Positions 59,282 through 64,000 of a DNA stretch of 64,000 bases are shown one piece after another. The notes under the pieces are model-generated. The model saw only the letters and a program-made list of their open reading frames with translations. It did no database searches and was not told the DNA's origin. Source of the stretch: Scyliorhinus canicula (Eukaryota); assembly GCF_902713615.1 (NCBI RefSeq), contig NW_024055852.1, forward strand, positions 742,920 through 806,919, in the 5' to 3' direction. The first letter of the stretch is position 1, and every line of letters begins with the position of its first letter. Both the position numbers and the translations under genes were made by a program.

Positions 59282-62200
59282 GAGCTTCCGGTGGCGGCGA
59301 TGATCAGGTAAGCCGCACGTTCGGCGGCTCCCGCGGAGAACGGACTTTGGGGATCTTTTCAGGGCCCCCAACGAAGCTGCAGCGGCAAACCCCAACGGGG
59401 GAAGAAGGCAGGAGTTGACCCCGACGGTCCTATGGTCCGGACCAGGAGCGGGGCAGGAAGAAACCCGAGGAAAGTGCCTCTGAAAAAACGGGGGCAGGAA
59501 GAAAAAATGGCGGCCGGAGAAGGCCTCGAGGAGCTGAGGAAGTGGGCCCAGGAGCAGCAGGCGATTCTGCTGCGCTGCTTCCAGGAGCTGAAGTTGGAGC
59601 TGCTGGAGTCCCTGAAGGTAACCAACAGGGAATTGATGGAGACCCAGACAGCCCAGGGGGCTGCGATCCGGGAGCTGCAGCAGCAGGCCTCCGCAAGGTA
59701 GGATGAGGCCGTGGCTGTCGCGGGGAAGGTGGAGATGCACGAGGCGCTCCATAAAAGATGGCAGGAGCGGTTCGAGGAGCTGGACAACCGGTCGAGGAGG
59801 AAGAATTTGCGGATCCTGGGCCTCACGGAGGGGCTGGAGGGGTCGGACCTAGAGGCCTATGTGGTGATCATGTTAAACTCGCTGATGGGGGCTGGGTCCT
59901 TCCAGGGGCCCCTGGAGTTGGAGGGGGCCCACAGAATTCTGGCTAGGAGGCCCAAGCCAAACGAGCCGCCGCGGGCGGTGTTGGTGCGGTTTCATCGGTT
60001 CGTGGATCGTGAGTGGGTGCTCCGGTGGGCCAAGAAGGAGCAGAGCAGCAAGTGGGAGAACACGGAGGTGCGGATCTTCCAGGACTGGAGTGCGGAGGTG
60101 GCGAGGCAGAAGGACGGGTTTAACCGGACAAAGGCAGTGCTCCATAGACGGAGTGTGAAGTTCGGCATGTTGCAGCCGGCGCGTCTCTGGGTCACCCATA
60201 AGGATCAGTACCATTATTTTGAGTCCCCGGAGGAGGCGTGGGCCTTTGTGCAGGCCGAGAAATTGGACTCAAACTGAGGGTCTAAGATGGGGGATGCTGT
60301 ATTTTTTTTAAAAATTTAGATTACCCAATTATTTTTTCTATTAAGGGGCAACGTAGTGTGGCCAATCCAACTACTCTGCACATTTTTGGGTTGTGGGGGC
60401 GAACCCCACGCAGACACGGGGAGAATGTGCAAACTCCACACGGACAGTGACCCAGAGCCGGGATCGAACCTGGGACCTCAGCGCTGTGAGGCGGTTGTGC
60501 TAACCACTAGGCCACCGTGCTGCCCTGGGGGATGCTGTATAATACTGTATTTGTATTTGCTTGGTTTAATGTAAGATGTGGGTGGGTGGGTGGGGTGATG
60601 TCGATTTGTCTTTTCTATATGGGTTTTTCTGTAGGGGTCTGGTAGATGGGTTCGGGCTGGGGGTAAACGGGGAGTTCGGGGAGCTGATGGGGGGGACTGA
60701 CAATGGGAGTTGCCCTAGAGGATGCGGGGCCAGGCAGGGTGAAAGCATGGGCTTTCTGAGGGTTTCCCGCGCTGGGAGATGGTGGGGGCAGGGTCGGGGC
60801 TGAGAAGCGCGGGTTGTTGCTGTCTGTTTTCTTTTCCCGCGCAAGAGCGGGGGTGGGGGGGGGGGGTGGAGGAGGACCCATTGACAGGCTCGATGGAGGA
60901 GGGGTAGTCCCACGTGGGGAGGAGTCGGAGGTAGGGTGGGAGTCGCCGGGGTCAGAGGTTAGCTGGCTCACGGGAGTGCTTTGGAGGGAGGGGCGCGGCT
61001 AGGAGGGGTCCTAGCCTGGGGGGGGGGGGGTACAGGGTTGCTGCTGAAACGGTCAGGAAGGAGCTGGAGGATGCAGGGGGTGCTGGAGGGGGGGGAGTTG
61101 CCGCCGTGGGGAACTGGCCGGTGGTGGGCAGGGGATGGGTTATGGCTAATCGGCAGGGGAGGGGGGCAGGGAGCCCTCTGATCCGGCTGATAATCTGGAA
61201 TGTGAGGGGGCTGAATGGGCCGGTCAAACGGGCCCGGGTGTTTGCGAACTTGAAGGGGCTGAAGGCGGATGTGGCCATGCTCCAGGAGACACACCTGAAA
61301 GTGGCGGACCAGGTTCGGCTGAGGAAGGGATGGGTGGGCCAAGTATTTCACTCAGGGCTGGATGAGAAGAGTAGGGGCGTGGCGATCCTGGTGGGGAAGA
61401 AAGTGTTGTTTGAGGCGTTAAACGTGATGGCTGACAGTGGCGGGAGATATGTGATGGTGAGTGGCAAGCTGCAGGGGGAGCGGGTGGTGTTGGTGAATGT
61501 TTATGCCCCAAATTGGGACGATGCGGGGTTTATGCGGCATATGTTGGGCCGCATTCCGGACCTGGAGGTGGGGGGCCTGATCATGGGGGGGAACTTCAAC
61601 ACGGTACTGGATCCCCCATTGGATCGATCCAAGTCCAGGACGGGTAGGAGGCCGGCGGCGGCTAAGGTGTTGAAGGGATTTATGGACCAGGGTGGATCCC
61701 TGGAGGTTTGCGAGGCCAAGGGCCAGGGAGTACTCATTTTTCTCCCACGTACATAAGGCCTACTCGAGGATTGATTTTTTTGTCCTGAGCAGGGGGTTGG
61801 TTTCGAGGGTGCAGGATGTGGAATACTCCGACATTGCCATTTCAGATCATGCCCCGCACTGGGTGGACGTAGGGCTGGGGGAAGAGAGGGACCAACGTCC
61901 GCTCTGGCGCTTGGAGGTGGGGCTGATGGCAGATGAGGAGGTGGCTGAGAGGGTTCGGGGGTGTATCGAGAGGTACCTTGAGGCCAATGACAACGGGGAG
62001 ATCCGAGTGGGGACGGTCTGGGAGGCATTGAAGGCGGTGATGAGGGGGGAATTGATCTCCATCCGAACCCATTGGGAGAAGGGAGAGCAGAGGGAGAGAC
62101 TGATAGGGGAGATGGTGAGGGTGGATAGGAGATATGCGGAGGCTCCAGAGGAGGGATTGCTGGGGGAGAGGAGTAGCCTTCAGGCCAGATTCGACCTATT

Positions 62201-64000
62201 GACTACCAGAAAGATGGAAGCTCAGTGGAAGAAAGCACAGGGAGCGGTGTATGAGAATGGGGAGAAGGCGAGCAGGATGCTGGCACACCAGCTCCGAAAG
62301 AGGGACGCGGGCAGGGAGATTGGGGGAGTGACGGATAAGGCTGGGATGGTGGTGCGGAGGAGTGTAGATGTTAATGGGGTCTTCAGGGACTTCTATGGGG
62401 AACTGTACCGGTCGGAGCCCCCGGTGGAGGGGGGTGGAATGGGGCGCTTCTTGGACAAGCTGCGATTCCCGAGGGTGGAGGAGGAGCAGGTGGAGGGACT
62501 GAGGGCGCCGCTCGAGCTGGAGGAGGTGGTCAAAGGGATAGGGAGCATGCAGTCGGGGAAGGCACCTGGGCCGGACCGGTTTTCCGGCGGAATTTTATAA
62601 AAGGTATTTGGACCTGTTGGGCCAACTGTTGGTCCGGACCTTTAACGAGGCATGGCAGGGGGGGGGCTTTGCCCCCAACTATGTCACGGGTGCTGATTTC
62701 CTTGATCCTGAAGCGGGACAAGGACCCTCTGCAGTGCGGGTCATATAGGCCGATTTCGCTGCAAAACGCCGATGCTAAGCTGCTGGCAAAGATCCTGGTC
62801 ACTAGAATAGAGGATTGTGTGCCCGGGGTCATTCATGAGGACCAGAAGGGGTTTGTGAAGGGAAGGAAGTTGAATGCGAACATGCGAAGGCTCCTCAATG
62901 TCATTGTGATGCCGGCCATGGAAGAGGAGGCAGAGATAGTGGTGGCATTGGATGCGGAGAAGGCCTTTGATAGGGTGGAGTGGGAGTACTTGTGGGAGGT
63001 GTTGGAGAGGTTTGGGTTTGGGGAGGGGTTTATTCGGTGGGTGAGGCTGCTCTACGAGGCCCCGATGGCAAGTGTAGCCACGAATAGGAGGAGGTCGGAG
63101 TACTTTCGGCTGCATCGAGGGACGAGACAGGGGTGCCCCCTGTCCCCCTTGCTCTTCGCGTTGGCAATTGAACCCCTGGCACTGAGGGAGTCAGGGAACT
63201 GGAGGGGCATGGTGCGGGGTGGGGAGGAGCATCGAGTGTCACTGTATGCGGATGACCTGTTGCTGTATGTGGCGGACCCGGTGGGGGGGGATGCCGGAGG
63301 TGATGAGGATCCTTGGGGAATTCGGGGGTTTCTCTGGGTATAGGTTGAACCTGGGAAGGAGTGAGTTGTTTGTGGTGCATCCGGGGGATCAAGAGGAGGG
63401 GATTGGTAGGCTCCCACTGAAGCAGGCAGGGAGGAGCTTCAGGTACCTAGGTGTCCAGGTGGCTGGGAGTTGGGGGGCCCTGCACAAGCTCAACCTCAAA
63501 AGGTTTGTGGAGCAGATGGAGGAGGAGTTTAAGAGATGGGATATGTTAACGCTGTCACTGGCGGGGAGGGTGCAGTCCGTTAAGATGATGGTGCTCCCGA
63601 GGTTTTTCTTCCTGTTCCAATGCCTCCCCATCCTTATCCCGAAGGCCTTTTTTAGGAGGGTCAACAGGGCTATTACGGGATTTGTGTGGGCACATGGGAC
63701 TCCGAGGGTGAGAAGGGTGTTCCTGGAACGGGGCAGGGATGGGGGGGGGGGTTGGCGTTGCCCAACCTCTGTGGGTACTATTGGGTTGCCAACGCAGCGA
63801 TGGTGTGTAAGTGGGTAATAGACGGGGAAGGGGCAGCATGGAAGAGGATGGAGGTGGTGTCCTGTGTGGGCACGAGCCTGGAGGCGCTGGTAACGGCGCC
63901 GTTGCTGCTCCCTCCAATGAGGTATACCATGAGCCCGGTGGTGGCGGCTACCCTCAACATTTGGGGGCAATGGAGACGTCATAGGGGAGAAGTGGGAGGC
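59282..64000 (+). mobile_element. Near-full-length defective L1-clade LINE (continues beyond window)
   Basis: ORF1 59432-60277 (coiled coil, RRKNLRILG; in-frame TAG at 59699-59701); ORF2 from about 61190 with WNVRGLN, LQETH, SDH, QGCPLSP and YADD across frameshifts; SINE between ORFs with 14-bp TSD (60289-60302 and 60527-60540). Confidence 0.92.

Noticed and set aside
1-64000. Prokaryotic or phage origin, and GTG/TTG starts in the ORF track
   Set aside because: Spliced V genes, RSSs, SINEs, LINEs and Pol III tRNAs show vertebrate DNA, so non-ATG starts were not taken as real.

Overview
Eukaryotic genomic DNA, inferred to be from a cartilaginous fish (shark): it has dense HE1-like V-SINEs, CR1/HER1, L1, Rex1, RTE and Penelope retroelements, plus antigen-receptor V genes. 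Left to right: (1) L1 and Penelope debris, then a small tRNA cluster at 2.6-4.9 kb (two intact Val-TAC genes, several pseudogenes). (2) A T-cell-receptor alpha/delta-type V-segment array at 5.3-27.4 kb, with five open leader+V genes carrying 23-type RSSs and about 11 pseudogenes or relics in mixed orientation, partly built from a triplicated three-V cassette. No D, J or C segments were seen. (3) A C2H2 zinc-finger neighbourhood at 32-59 kb with CpG-rich promoters, one intact 10-finger ORF and broken copies. (4) The standout: a complete, very young 9.4-kb retrovirus-like provirus on the minus strand (40330-49741). It has two 1059-bp LTRs in which I found only two differences, a 4-bp TSD, a tRNA-Lys-like PBS and a foamy-like RT. 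Its intact gag and pol are in one frame separated by a single TGA, it has dual RNase H and no env, and five structurally conserved hairpins with an invariant loop follow the PBS. (5) A near-full-length defective L1 running off the right end. All calls are by eye from the sequence and the supplied ORF track; no database search or alignment was run.
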